NCBI GenBank assembly: GCA_023269965.1
Contig: JAGDXU010000003.1
Location: 1-60,674 of the forward strand
Origin: Candidatus Parvarchaeota archaeon
GTDB taxonomy: Archaea > Nanobdellota > Nanobdellia > Parvarchaeales > Parvarchaeaceae
Length of the DNA: 60,674 nucleotides
Reading direction: 5' to 3'
The notes under the pieces are model-generated. The model saw nothing but the letters and a program-made list of their open reading frames with translations, did no database searches and had not been told where the DNA came from. A program made the position numbers and the translations under genes. Shown here one piece after another: positions 28,136-37,025 of the stretch; positions within the stretch are counted from its first letter, which is position 1, and each line of letters opens with the position of its first letter.

Positions 28136-28629
28136 TATCTCTTATAGCCTATGTCTCTAAGAAATTTATGCCTTTTCTTACGGGCATTATCATCCTCTAC
28201 ACCCAATGGCTTCTTGCCGTCTATCACTCCAATGATCCCCCTTCCGTTCTCCCCGTCATCATATCCGACCACGGTTATGGGATTAGATGTTGCCACATAT
28301 AGACCAACGACTTCTTCAACTTCTTTTATCCTGTTTAATACGTTTATTGGATACCCCTCCTTCAGGATTATAACAAATATGTGGCCTGCACCTATCTTTG
28401 AAGATATGTCTATACTCTCCTTTATTAATGAGTCATCGTTTCCGTCGTATCTGATCAACCTATCCCCTGATGCCTCATTAAAAGCTATACCAAATTTCAG
28501 ATGCGGAGACGAAGAAGCTAAGCATTCATATAAGTCTTCGACTGTCTTTATGAAGTGCGATTGCCCTATTACTATATTCTCACCTTCATGTACATTTATC
28601 TTCACTTCAAATATTCCTTTGCTTTCCAT
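28135..28629 (-). CDS. Adenosine-specific kinase family (PF04008-like) protein
   Basis: The 164 aa protein has [15 protein letters not shown]...GAGHIFVI...GVIDG, a pattern I recall from the COG1839 family. The antisense ORF at 28151-28642 is low-complexity. Confidence 0.55.
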   Translation of the reverse strand: MESKGIFEVKINVHEGENIVIGQSHFIKTVEDLYECLASSSPHLKFGIAFNEASGDRLIRYDGNDDSLIKESIDISSKIGAGHIFVIILKEGYPINVLNRIKEVEEVVGLYVATSNPITVVGYDDGENGRGIIGVIDGKKPLGVEDDNARKKRHKFLRDIGYKR

Positions 28630-28673
28630 ATGTTATGGTTAATTATCAACGGATTAGACAAGACTAAACAACA

Positions 28674-31600
28674 TTATTCGCATTCATGTGGTATTTGGGA
28701 AACTGCCATGCACTCCTGGTACGAAAACGCGTATCCTATAGTTTGGGTTGAACCAGCCTGTAAACTACCACTTGCCGGAGCAGGGGAGTAAACCTGTGTA
28801 TATTCATAACCTGTTGGACATGATGGATGACTACTAGGGAAATAGCAGCCATTCGAAGCAGTGAATTGATAAGTTCCCGGAGATGTTGTAAACAAGGTAT
28901 ATGAGCTAGATGAAGATTTAGTATTACCATCATAAGTTAACCACCAATCTGCACCCGATGGTAACCCACTTTCTATAAATGTAGTTTCGACTGACTGCTG
29001 TGATGATGGCTTTGGAGGGTACAAAGACAGATGCGGCCCTGTTCCAGTGTTGACCTGATATATCGGGACTGGCACAACATTATAAGACTTTGGAGAGACT
29101 AAAAGCGTATAGCTTATGTTCCAAATCGTAGGCAAGTTGTAGGCCATATAATAATTAGAATAAACTGCATATGTTTGATTATTATTACCTTGGTAGATGC
29201 AGTTCACTATGTAACCATATAGTGCGCTGTTTATGCTGTTGCAGTCTTCATCGGATGAGATGTTAAGCTGAGTACCCTGCCCATTATATCCTGCAGAGAA
29301 GATTCTGCTGTTGCCGTTAGGGCACTTTGCATTCAAATTAGCGGCAACTCCACCTGAACTGTATAAGGAAACGGATGGAGGGCTGTTCACACTGCTATTC
29401 TTCACGCTATAGAACTGGACTGAATGAACGCCTTCATTCAGCCCGCCTAGAAGTAAGTATATCCCATTTGAGTAAATCGATGGGAGAGTATTACCATCAC
29501 ATAATTTACCTTCCCCAAGCGAGAATATGCCATTGTTTCCTTGGGTTAAGGATCCGGGGCAGTTGCCCTGAGTCCCACCGCTGAATATATTCATCGCATA
29601 GTCTAATTCACTCCCGTTCACAAAAGCAGGAACGCCGGATATTGCAAAGTAAGGATACTGGAGCAGTAATGTACTCAGCAAATCATAAGGATACAACGGC
29701 GATTCAAACATTGCAACAGATTCTATGGCAGATTCTAGAGGCTTGTAAGGGTAAAGTTGAGTGAATTCATTTATTAGCTCATGCTGTGAAACGGAGAGGC
29801 TGGTCATGTAGAAATCCTTCGTTTTCGCGTTGTTATTCCCAGGTATGTACACATTCAATGGAGAAGTAGAATTAATCACACCTAAACCAACGCCTACATC
29901 TGAAGCAGGGGAGTATTGTAGCACAAAGGAGGCATCCAACGTAGAATTCTTGGAGTTGGGGTATGCAAAACAATTGTACTGTGGATTCGGAGCCTGATAT
30001 GCAGATGCATTGACAGAAGCTGGCAACGCAGCACATGACAAGCAGCTAGCACCATACTGTGGCGAGTTCGAGGTCAATGTCTCGAGACTAGACGATTCCT
30101 GCGGAATATTTGAAACACATGACGATGGTGAATAAGTCAAGCTTTGATTACTGGAATAATCTCTTGGTGTTTGCGTGACGTTTTCACAAGCCAAGATGCT
30201 TCCAGATCCAGAATTGCACGAATAGGTGTACTGAAATCCGCCTCCAGAAGTAGTTGATTTAGAGATAGTTGGGGCACTTGTGTTGTAAGTGAACCTGCAA
30301 GCCTCACATGCGCCTACATCCGGCAGAATATTTGGATTCCCAGTAGTCGGTATATTATTGTCTGAAAATGTAAATGGAGTCCATGACCATCCATAATTAT
30401 TCACATTAGTAGCGATATTATTCGTTTTATTTTCGCATAAGAAAGTGGACTGGTTGAAAACTGTCGGCTCACTTTGAGTGAATGATATCTGGGTAGTGCT
30501 TAAACTCATATACACAGGTGATACACCAGTAGGATAATCAGGAATATAGTCGACGCCCCATACGCTTCCATTCGCACCTGTGACGCTGGTTGGGCAATTT
30601 CCATTTGAATAACTAAAACTGCTATAAAGATTTGGATCTGTAAGCATAGAACATTCTGAGGTGAAAGTCAATGGATTCTCATTAAGAGTACCTGGTGTAA
30701 TAAACGCAGGAGAGCACGTTGTCCCGCTCGTTGCCCCATCAGAATAGCTGCATCCAACAGGCTCATAACTCCAGCCACTGCATGAGCCTAAAACCTGTGT
30801 GGTGTTTGAGGCGTTAACGTAGGTTACTGACTCAGTCACATTTGCATAGCCGCTACAAGAAAACGATGCATCAACCGCTGAAGGTGAGGAAGTAGGTATT
30901 CTGCTGCCGCTAGAGTAGCTGAAAGATATACTTCGAGTAGACGAGACGACAGCACTATTAGATGAGAAGTTACCTGCATAGTAATGAGATATCGTTCCGG
31001 CAGTAGGGGCGCAACTGTAAGTGGAGTCTATGAGACATCCGCCGCCGGCAAGATAATTTGAACCGGTTGTTGCTGCTGTTGGAATGCACTCCAGGCTCTT
31101 AAATGAACCAGGCTGCGGGACAAATGAAACCTGGGATAGACAAGGCGTAAATGCGGCAATTGTAGTGTTTATTGGACAACTACTTATCATAACGCCACCA
31201 TTTGGATTGAATAGTGCTTCAGAGCTTGGGGAGGCTATGGAATTATTCATTATATAATTCTCCGGATTAGAATTATCATATGGTTGTAGTACTCCATTCA
31301 TATAGAACTGTGGCTCTGATAAAGTCGTATAAGTATAACCACTGTAACTGTAACTCTGATGTGGGGGTAGAGCACACAAACCGTAATAGGTAGTAGTAAA
31401 CTTATTCCCAGACGTGGTTTTGAAAGTTATGTTATAATTTCCAGGCTCGAATTGAAATCCTAATCCGGTCGTATAATTTTCATTAGAAGAAGATGAAGGC
31501 GGAAAGTTACTTGAATACGTTGCTGGAGCGCCATTGTAAAGGCAGTAAAAACTACCCTCATCCGACGGACTCAAAGTGACTGGCTGTTCTGTCTCAGAAT

Positions 31601-34600
31601 TAGAGTAAGTCTGGATCTGTTGTATTTGACTTTGCAGGTTCAGGCAGCTAGATCTAAAGTTGTTGATAAGGCTGGATTGAACTTCATTGTAATTTGTGAT
31701 TTCATGATAATACTTTACGGTTGAATATTGCGTACATGACGTCTGTATTGGCTTGCTGACATTCAATGTAATCTCATTATTGGTTTCTGCCAATGAGAAG
31801 TTACCATTAAGGGAATCACTTATAAAGAAGTCAACTGGATTGCCCTGACCATACACAGAGTCCAAAACTATATTTCCACCGTTGAAGAAGCAGTATGAGC
31901 TTATGAAATTCTCTGTTGGGTTGGTTATAAGATAAAGCTTGTTCAGATCGTAGTTTATCTGACCAAAGCCTGACATCTCATTATTTACAGTCTGGGATGA
32001 CGTGAAAGAAACATCGAAACAGTCCATAATCGGGCCACTTTGCATAAGGCTTATCGACACCGAGTTCGGCTCCACTGAAACATTATTTATCAACGTATTT
32101 CCTACACTCTCACCATATATCGTGGTATTACTAAGGCAAGGCCCATAGCTTGGTTTACACTCTGGTAAAAGATTGAAATCACCGTTTGTTGTCTCTATCT
32201 TGTAGTATCCATTGTATGCTGTGTAGTTCAGCCAATTCGAAGGATACTGCATGGATGGCTCTTCAGTGGCTTCTAATAGTGTATAATTGCTTTTGCCCAC
32301 AACTGGGACAAACATGTATGTACAGATGTTACTATTAGAGCCCACAACCTGATACGGTAGCTCCTGATATGGATAGCTACCATACTCGGTGATTCTAAGG
32401 AGATTACAAGATGAACCTAGCAAAGGCAAAGGCAGAGAAAACTGTATAGGCAAGCCAGAAGGAGAATTCGAAGGCAGGGATATGTTCTGCAAAGCTGATG
32501 GATTATCATCTATTATATTCGGAGACCTGGCTATGATACTTCCCTTAACAAGACGAGATGAAGTTATGTTTGAAAGGTAAATGCTCACTGGTGATACAGT
32601 TCCATCTCTATATAGGTAAGCAATCAGATCATAGTTGAAGCCATTATCAGATGCGCTTCCGGTGAAATAATTGGAACATGGAGAAGTGGATGAGGAGTTC
32701 AATACGCCACCAGTCACGATTTTACCCTCGAAGCAGGTTTCAATTTCAGGGTTTCCGTTGTTATAGGTTATATTGAAAAGTGTTACATTTTGTGAATTTA
32801 TCGGCTGCCCATTGTATGTTATATACAGCCTAGTGGCATTCAAGTATGTAACAGTGAAGCCAGAACCTACATCGCTACTGCCTAGGTACTCCCCATTTGA
32901 CGCATTCAACAACACAGCTCTTATGTAGTTGAATTGACTTGGTGTATTGCAGAAGATTTGGCCTGAGCCGAGGTTATACTCCCCGGGGGCTATCTGAGAA
33001 ACAGAACTGTCATTGAACAGGGTGCCATCGTTAACAAAGTTGCAGGAGAAAGGTGTCCCATTTATGTAATAAAGGTAAGCATCTACATTCTTATTCACAG
33101 TGGACAAAGGCGTATAAGAGAACCTGAAGGATACTCCATTTGCCAGAGAGACGCTGCTGTTAGGCATTATAATCGTAGTGTTGTAGTAACCTGTAACATT
33201 GTTCCCCCTTGAGAAGTTAGCGGCGACAACAAAAGCATTATTTTGTCTCGTGTTAGAGACATTTAGAGAGGATGCATTGTACATCGAAACTGTAAACGGC
33301 CCATCCTTAGACTTTATGATTATTGTATAGTTCTGATACGGAGTCGACTGACAATTATCGTTTATGATAGAATTACTAACGCCTACAACACCTGAAGAGT
33401 TTGTAGTCAGAGTCTGCGTAGAAAAGCTGCAACCGGCTTCAGGCGATATTATAACCTGTATATTGCTAAATGGATTAGGGTTCGTCAGAATCTTCATAGA
33501 TGCAAGTCTTAGGATACTTGGGTCATTCGAACCCGCATCCGCTATCATCTTGAACCCATATGAATCGATCGGCGGAGAGAACATGTCCGAGAACTTTATC
33601 CCGGTATTTGTGGTGGTATTGAAGAAGTAATAGCTGTAGTTCAAATTTGAATACAAATTGTTTTCTGGGCCGCTACCGAAGTACAAAAGCGCTTCCTTAT
33701 AAAATGAAGCCTCCGGGTTCTGGACGCTTGCACTCTGCACCTGGAATGAAGCAGTTGAACCAGGATAGTACGGCACATTATTATAGTTCAGCACGACTGG
33801 AGATGAGTAAGGCATAAATAGTATCCCCCTCCACCTATCGATAATCTCATTCTGATACGGTGAGGTCTGCCCATATACGTCCTTAAGCAGGTAATTTATG
33901 TTTGACGGGGAAGATGGTTGGACAGACCAGTAAACACTAAAATCATTCAGATTGTCCTGAGATGCGAAACAAGTCAACGTGGAACCCCTTATGTTCGAAG
34001 CTGATATGGATGGGTAATACCCTGTACCGTTTAATTTTGACACGGTAAGACCGAATGAAACATTAAGTTTCTGTATTGTGCTCTTCAATGCACTTACAGT
34101 GAAGTTGAGGCTGTTATTGTAAATTGAAACATTCGCGAAAGGCATGCTCGTAAGATTAAACTTGTATGACACGATGTACTGCCATACAGGCGAAGGTTCT
34201 CCACTGGACTGGTTTATGTACTCTTTATTGTGGATAAATGAGCTATTTTCTATCGATGATGCCACATAATTCGGCCCGTACTCATGATAGAATGTAACTG
34301 GACCGGAAGACCCGTAGAAACTGACATTGAAGGTGTTCCCAAAGAACACACTTATGTTATCACCGCTTTCCATCAGCTTCTTGAAAACAGGCATCGGTAT
34401 GTTTACAGTGAAAGAAGCTGTTCCGCCTGGCGATATGATAGGCACCTGTGTATCGCTTGAATTTGCAAAATCCATGAAGGTATTCGCAGACCTTATAGCC
34501 TTTCCATTGTAGTATATCCACATGCCAAGCAATGAGTTATTATAAGGCCCATTTATGTAGTTATACGGAGAATTCTGAAATATCTCTCCTATCGGCATAT

Positions 34601-37025
34601 CTTGAATTGGGTTGGAGGGGGTTGAGACATACATAGCTGTCTCAGAACCATTAATGTATCTTATCTGAAATACATTGTTGAAATTCGAGCTGGAAAGTTC
34701 ATCTAGGAAATTTTGGTACAGATGATACTGATTTGACGACGATTGCTGGGCTGAATAGAACATATTCGAGATGTTTGTATGATTGTATAAAACAACTAAA
34801 TAAGGAGAGGTTATATTATCATTACCAACGTTCTTTACAGTTATTATCAATGGAACAACAGAGCTGTTAGAGTTGAAAGCGGGGCAGTTGGAAACCCTCA
34901 TCATAAAGATAGTTGAATTGGCCAATGGGTCCGTTATGTTCTTTTGACCCCCGAATAATCCGCAGTATTGACCGCCGTTGTTGGCTACAACAATCGAATT
35001 TATCCAAGCGTCTGTGACATTGTAGGGAACTATTCCGTACCTTGTACATGTAGGGTCTCTTACGAATATACCATATTTAAAGTTCATGTAATTGCCTGAC
35101 TGCACGGAACTATCCACTGCCCCGCCAGGTAAAACAGTGTCAAAGCAATTCGTGTTATTGAACAGCGCGTTGCATTCACCTATGGCAACTGTGTAGTTCT
35201 CCAAAGATGTTGGTGGTATTACCCTAGTGTATCCTGGGGAGTTATACTGACCAGTATTTTGATTAAACGAATCATTGTAGAAACAGAAGCTATCCAAAAC
35301 TCTGGATTCAAAAATATTTAGCGCATTTTGAGTAGTAACAAATAAATTAGGATTATATCCCGGTGTATAAGGATTATATTGGAGATCATTCATATAAGTC
35401 TGTGGATTGCTCGTATACTCAAGATTACCTGGATTAGATAAGACCGTATTATAATAAGCTGCTGGTTTGCTGACTCTGCCGTTGTAATATGGAGGACTAT
35501 AGGTCGCGTGATAATCCCAGAGCCTATAAGGTGATATTGCATTCACACTGGATGCATTATTAAAGGTACATGAAGCCCCTTCATAACTTCCAGAGGGATA
35601 ATTGCATATTGGGAAAACCCCACTTACCTTGAAAACATTTGGTGTAGACCCTTGAGGAGTTTCACCGAGTAAGCCAGCAGCGATAGGATTTACAAGCAGT
35701 GAAAGAAGATCTGCAGGCAAAGTAGAGCCAACAACAGTAAGAGTATTGGGGAAGTAGCCTACCTGTAAATTAGGGACCGTATAAGCTGAAACGTTTGACT
35801 GTGTTAATGCGTAGGTTATATTAGGAGAGGCACCGGATTCGGTGTTATACGTCAATACAACATCCTTGCTCTCATACGCATACGCCACATCTCCTATGTT
35901 ACCGGTGTAGTTTATAGGTGTGCTGAAGAAATTAGAAACATTGTAGTATATCTTATCTCCGTGATTGCCAGGAGGGAAGTTAGCATAATTTAATCCAGGC
36001 TCAGTGAAATTGAAGGTAGAATCGAAAAAATGAGAAGCGGTTAACGAGAACATGCCCGATGCTTGATAAAATTCCTGTTCACCAAAAGGGTTAATTAGTC
36101 CCCCCATATCGAATGGAAGCAAAGCATACAAAGTCTGTACGCCACTGGGGACATTTGACGCTTCACCAACTGAGGATACGAATCCACTTAGGGTCTTAAT
36201 ATCTGGGACTGTATGATACACCAATGCTGAAGTAGCCTGCGAAAGATAACCGCGAGGGATGGGAAATGTACTGCCACATGAAACGGCTGGAACAATGAAC
36301 GTAGCTTCCCCAGTCGGATTAGCGCCTTCGGCACTGTCCAAAGGCACTGTATTAGTTGGATTGGTTGGAGTTTCGAAGAAAGGGAAGCTGTAGTTTATAG
36401 CAAATTGATCACCAAAACTGTAGGTGTTTATACTATTGTACCAATTTACAAAGTTATCAGTTTCATTATAAGCGTAAAAGGGAGTGCCCGCACCTACAAA
36501 GGAATTTTGCACGAAAAGAACTGAGCTAAGTTCACTTATTAAAGAGTTACCAGAGCTCTGCGGATACCCAAACCAGCCTTCAAATGAGAAAGTATCTACG
36601 GGATTTGCTGGTTCGTTAACATAAATACATGAGTACCAGCTTATACCTAAACCGCCCAAAGAGATCCACCTGCAGTATAAACCGATCTTAAGCTCTGTAT
36701 AATAATTACATTCACTACCATAGGCATTACCAGGTATGAAATATTCATTGTAGGGATATACATAAGCCACAGTCAAAAGATTTTCTGAAGTCTTTTCATT
36801 ATTAATGATGGTTTGCTGAGGTGATGGGTCAGGTGACTGCTGGAAGCTAGTTATGTGTTGATTGTTAGATACATATGTAGACATAGAATCATTGTTTAGG
36901 GATAGCGATTTATAATGGGATACATAAGAGAAAAAGAAGAGCGATACAACGACCAGAAGAGCAATCACTAAGATTAGATCCTTTCTTTTCCCTGCATCGT
37001 TTTTAGCTTCCATAATCTTTAACAC
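28674..37025 (-). CDS. Giant (about 2780 aa) N-terminally anchored, predicted heavily N-glycosylated surface protein with a C-terminal ESGLPS-type domain
   Basis: It is an uninterrupted 8.35 kb ORF. The N-terminus KRKDLILVIALLVVVSLFFF is a signal anchor. The remainder is N/S/T/Y/P/G-rich, K/R/D/E-poor, and has many N-x-S/T sequons and Cys. The track start is GTG at 37025, and the in-frame ATG at 37013 is more likely. Confidence 0.85.
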   Translation of the reverse strand: MLKIMEAKNDAGKRKDLILVIALLVVVSLFFFSYVSHYKSLSLNNDSMSTYVSNNQHITSFQQSPDPSPQQTIINNEKTSENLLTVAYVYPYNEYFIPGNAYGSECNYYTELKIGLYCRWISLGGLGISWYSCIYVNEPANPVDTFSFEGWFGYPQSSGNSLISELSSVLFVQNSFVGAGTPFYAYNETDNFVNWYNSINTYSFGDQFAINYSFPFFETPTNPTNTVPLDSAEGANPTGEATFIVPAVSCGSTFPIPRGYLSQATSALVYHTVPDIKTLSGFVSSVGEASNVPSGVQTLYALLPFDMGGLINPFGEQEFYQASGMFSLTASHFFDSTFNFTEPGLNYANFPPGNHGDKIYYNVSNFFSTPINYTGNIGDVAYAYESKDVVLTYNTESGASPNITYALTQSNVSAYTVPNLQVGYFPNTLTVVGSTLPADLLSLLVNPIAAGLLGETPQGSTPNVFKVSGVFPICNYPSGSYEGASCTFNNASSVNAISPYRLWDYHATYSPPYYNGRVSKPAAYYNTVLSNPGNLEYTSNPQTYMNDLQYNPYTPGYNPNLFVTTQNALNIFESRVLDSFCFYNDSFNQNTGQYNSPGYTRVIPPTSLENYTVAIGECNALFNNTNCFDTVLPGGAVDSSVQSGNYMNFKYGIFVRDPTCTRYGIVPYNVTDAWINSIVVANNGGQYCGLFGGQKNITDPLANSTIFMMRVSNCPAFNSNSSVVPLIITVKNVGNDNITSPYLVVLYNHTNISNMFYSAQQSSSNQYHLYQNFLDELSSSNFNNVFQIRYINGSETAMYVSTPSNPIQDMPIGEIFQNSPYNYINGPYNNSLLGMWIYYNGKAIRSANTFMDFANSSDTQVPIISPGGTASFTVNIPMPVFKKLMESGDNISVFFGNTFNVSFYGSSGPVTFYHEYGPNYVASSIENSSFIHNKEYINQSSGEPSPVWQYIVSYKFNLTSMPFANVSIYNNSLNFTVSALKSTIQKLNVSFGLTVSKLNGTGYYPSISASNIRGSTLTCFASQDNLNDFSVYWSVQPSSPSNINYLLKDVYGQTSPYQNEIIDRWRGILFMPYSSPVVLNYNNVPYYPGSTASFQVQSASVQNPEASFYKEALLYFGSGPENNLYSNLNYSYYFFNTTTNTGIKFSDMFSPPIDSYGFKMIADAGSNDPSILRLASMKILTNPNPFSNIQVIISPEAGCSFSTQTLTTNSSGVVGVSNSIINDNCQSTPYQNYTIIIKSKDGPFTVSMYNASSLNVSNTRQNNAFVVAANFSRGNNVTGYYNTTIIMPNSSVSLANGVSFRFSYTPLSTVNKNVDAYLYYINGTPFSCNFVNDGTLFNDSSVSQIAPGEYNLGSGQIFCNTPSQFNYIRAVLLNASNGEYLGSSDVGSGFTVTYLNATRLYITYNGQPINSQNVTLFNITYNNGNPEIETCFEGKIVTGGVLNSSSTSPCSNYFTGSASDNGFNYDLIAYLYRDGTVSPVSIYLSNITSSRLVKGSIIARSPNIIDDNPSALQNISLPSNSPSGLPIQFSLPLPLLGSSCNLLRITEYGSYPYQELPYQVVGSNSNICTYMFVPVVGKSNYTLLEATEEPSMQYPSNWLNYTAYNGYYKIETTNGDFNLLPECKPSYGPCLSNTTIYGESVGNTLINNVSVEPNSVSISLMQSGPIMDCFDVSFTSSQTVNNEMSGFGQINYDLNKLYLITNPTENFISSYCFFNGGNIVLDSVYGQGNPVDFFISDSLNGNFSLAETNNEITLNVSKPIQTSCTQYSTVKYYHEITNYNEVQSSLINNFRSSCLNLQSQIQQIQTYSNSETEQPVTLSPSDEGSFYCLYNGAPATYSSNFPPSSSSNENYTTGLGFQFEPGNYNITFKTTSGNKFTTTYYGLCALPPHQSYSYSGYTYTTLSEPQFYMNGVLQPYDNSNPENYIMNNSIASPSSEALFNPNGGVMISSCPINTTIAAFTPCLSQVSFVPQPGSFKSLECIPTAATTGSNYLAGGGCLIDSTYSCAPTAGTISHYYAGNFSSNSAVVSSTRSISFSYSSGSRIPTSSPSAVDASFSCSGYANVTESVTYVNASNTTQVLGSCSGWSYEPVGCSYSDGATSGTTCSPAFITPGTLNENPLTFTSECSMLTDPNLYSSFSYSNGNCPTSVTGANGSVWGVDYIPDYPTGVSPVYMSLSTTQISFTQSEPTVFNQSTFLCENKTNNIATNVNNYGWSWTPFTFSDNNIPTTGNPNILPDVGACEACRFTYNTSAPTISKSTTSGGGFQYTYSCNSGSGSILACENVTQTPRDYSSNQSLTYSPSSCVSNIPQESSSLETLTSNSPQYGASCLSCAALPASVNASAYQAPNPQYNCFAYPNSKNSTLDASFVLQYSPASDVGVGLGVINSTSPLNVYIPGNNNAKTKDFYMTSLSVSQHELINEFTQLYPYKPLESAIESVAMFESPLYPYDLLSTLLLQYPYFAISGVPAFVNGSELDYAMNIFSGGTQGNCPGSLTQGNNGIFSLGEGKLCDGNTLPSIYSNGIYLLLGGLNEGVHSVQFYSVKNSSVNSPPSVSLYSSGGVAANLNAKCPNGNSRIFSAGYNGQGTQLNISSDEDCNSINSALYGYIVNCIYQGNNNQTYAVYSNYYMAYNLPTIWNISYTLLVSPKSYNVVPVPIYQVNTGTGPHLSLYPPKPSSQQSVETTFIESGLPSGADWWLTYDGNTKSSSSSYTLFTTSPGTYQFTASNGCYFPSSHPSCPTGYEYTQVYSPAPASGSLQAGSTQTIGYAFSYQECMAVSQIPHECE
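28707..28832. repeat. Copy A of a 126 bp perfect direct repeat (3' end of the 2783 aa gene)
   Basis: It is identical base for base to 37049-37174 (offset 8342 bp). Near-identity continues to about 28892, including a second exact 38 bp block at 28855-28892. Confidence 0.95.

Noticed and set aside
28151-28642. A 163 aa plus-strand ORF
   Set aside because: It is antisense to the adenosine-specific-kinase-family ORF, which has recognisable conserved motifs. The plus-strand product is low-complexity and S/P/F-rich.
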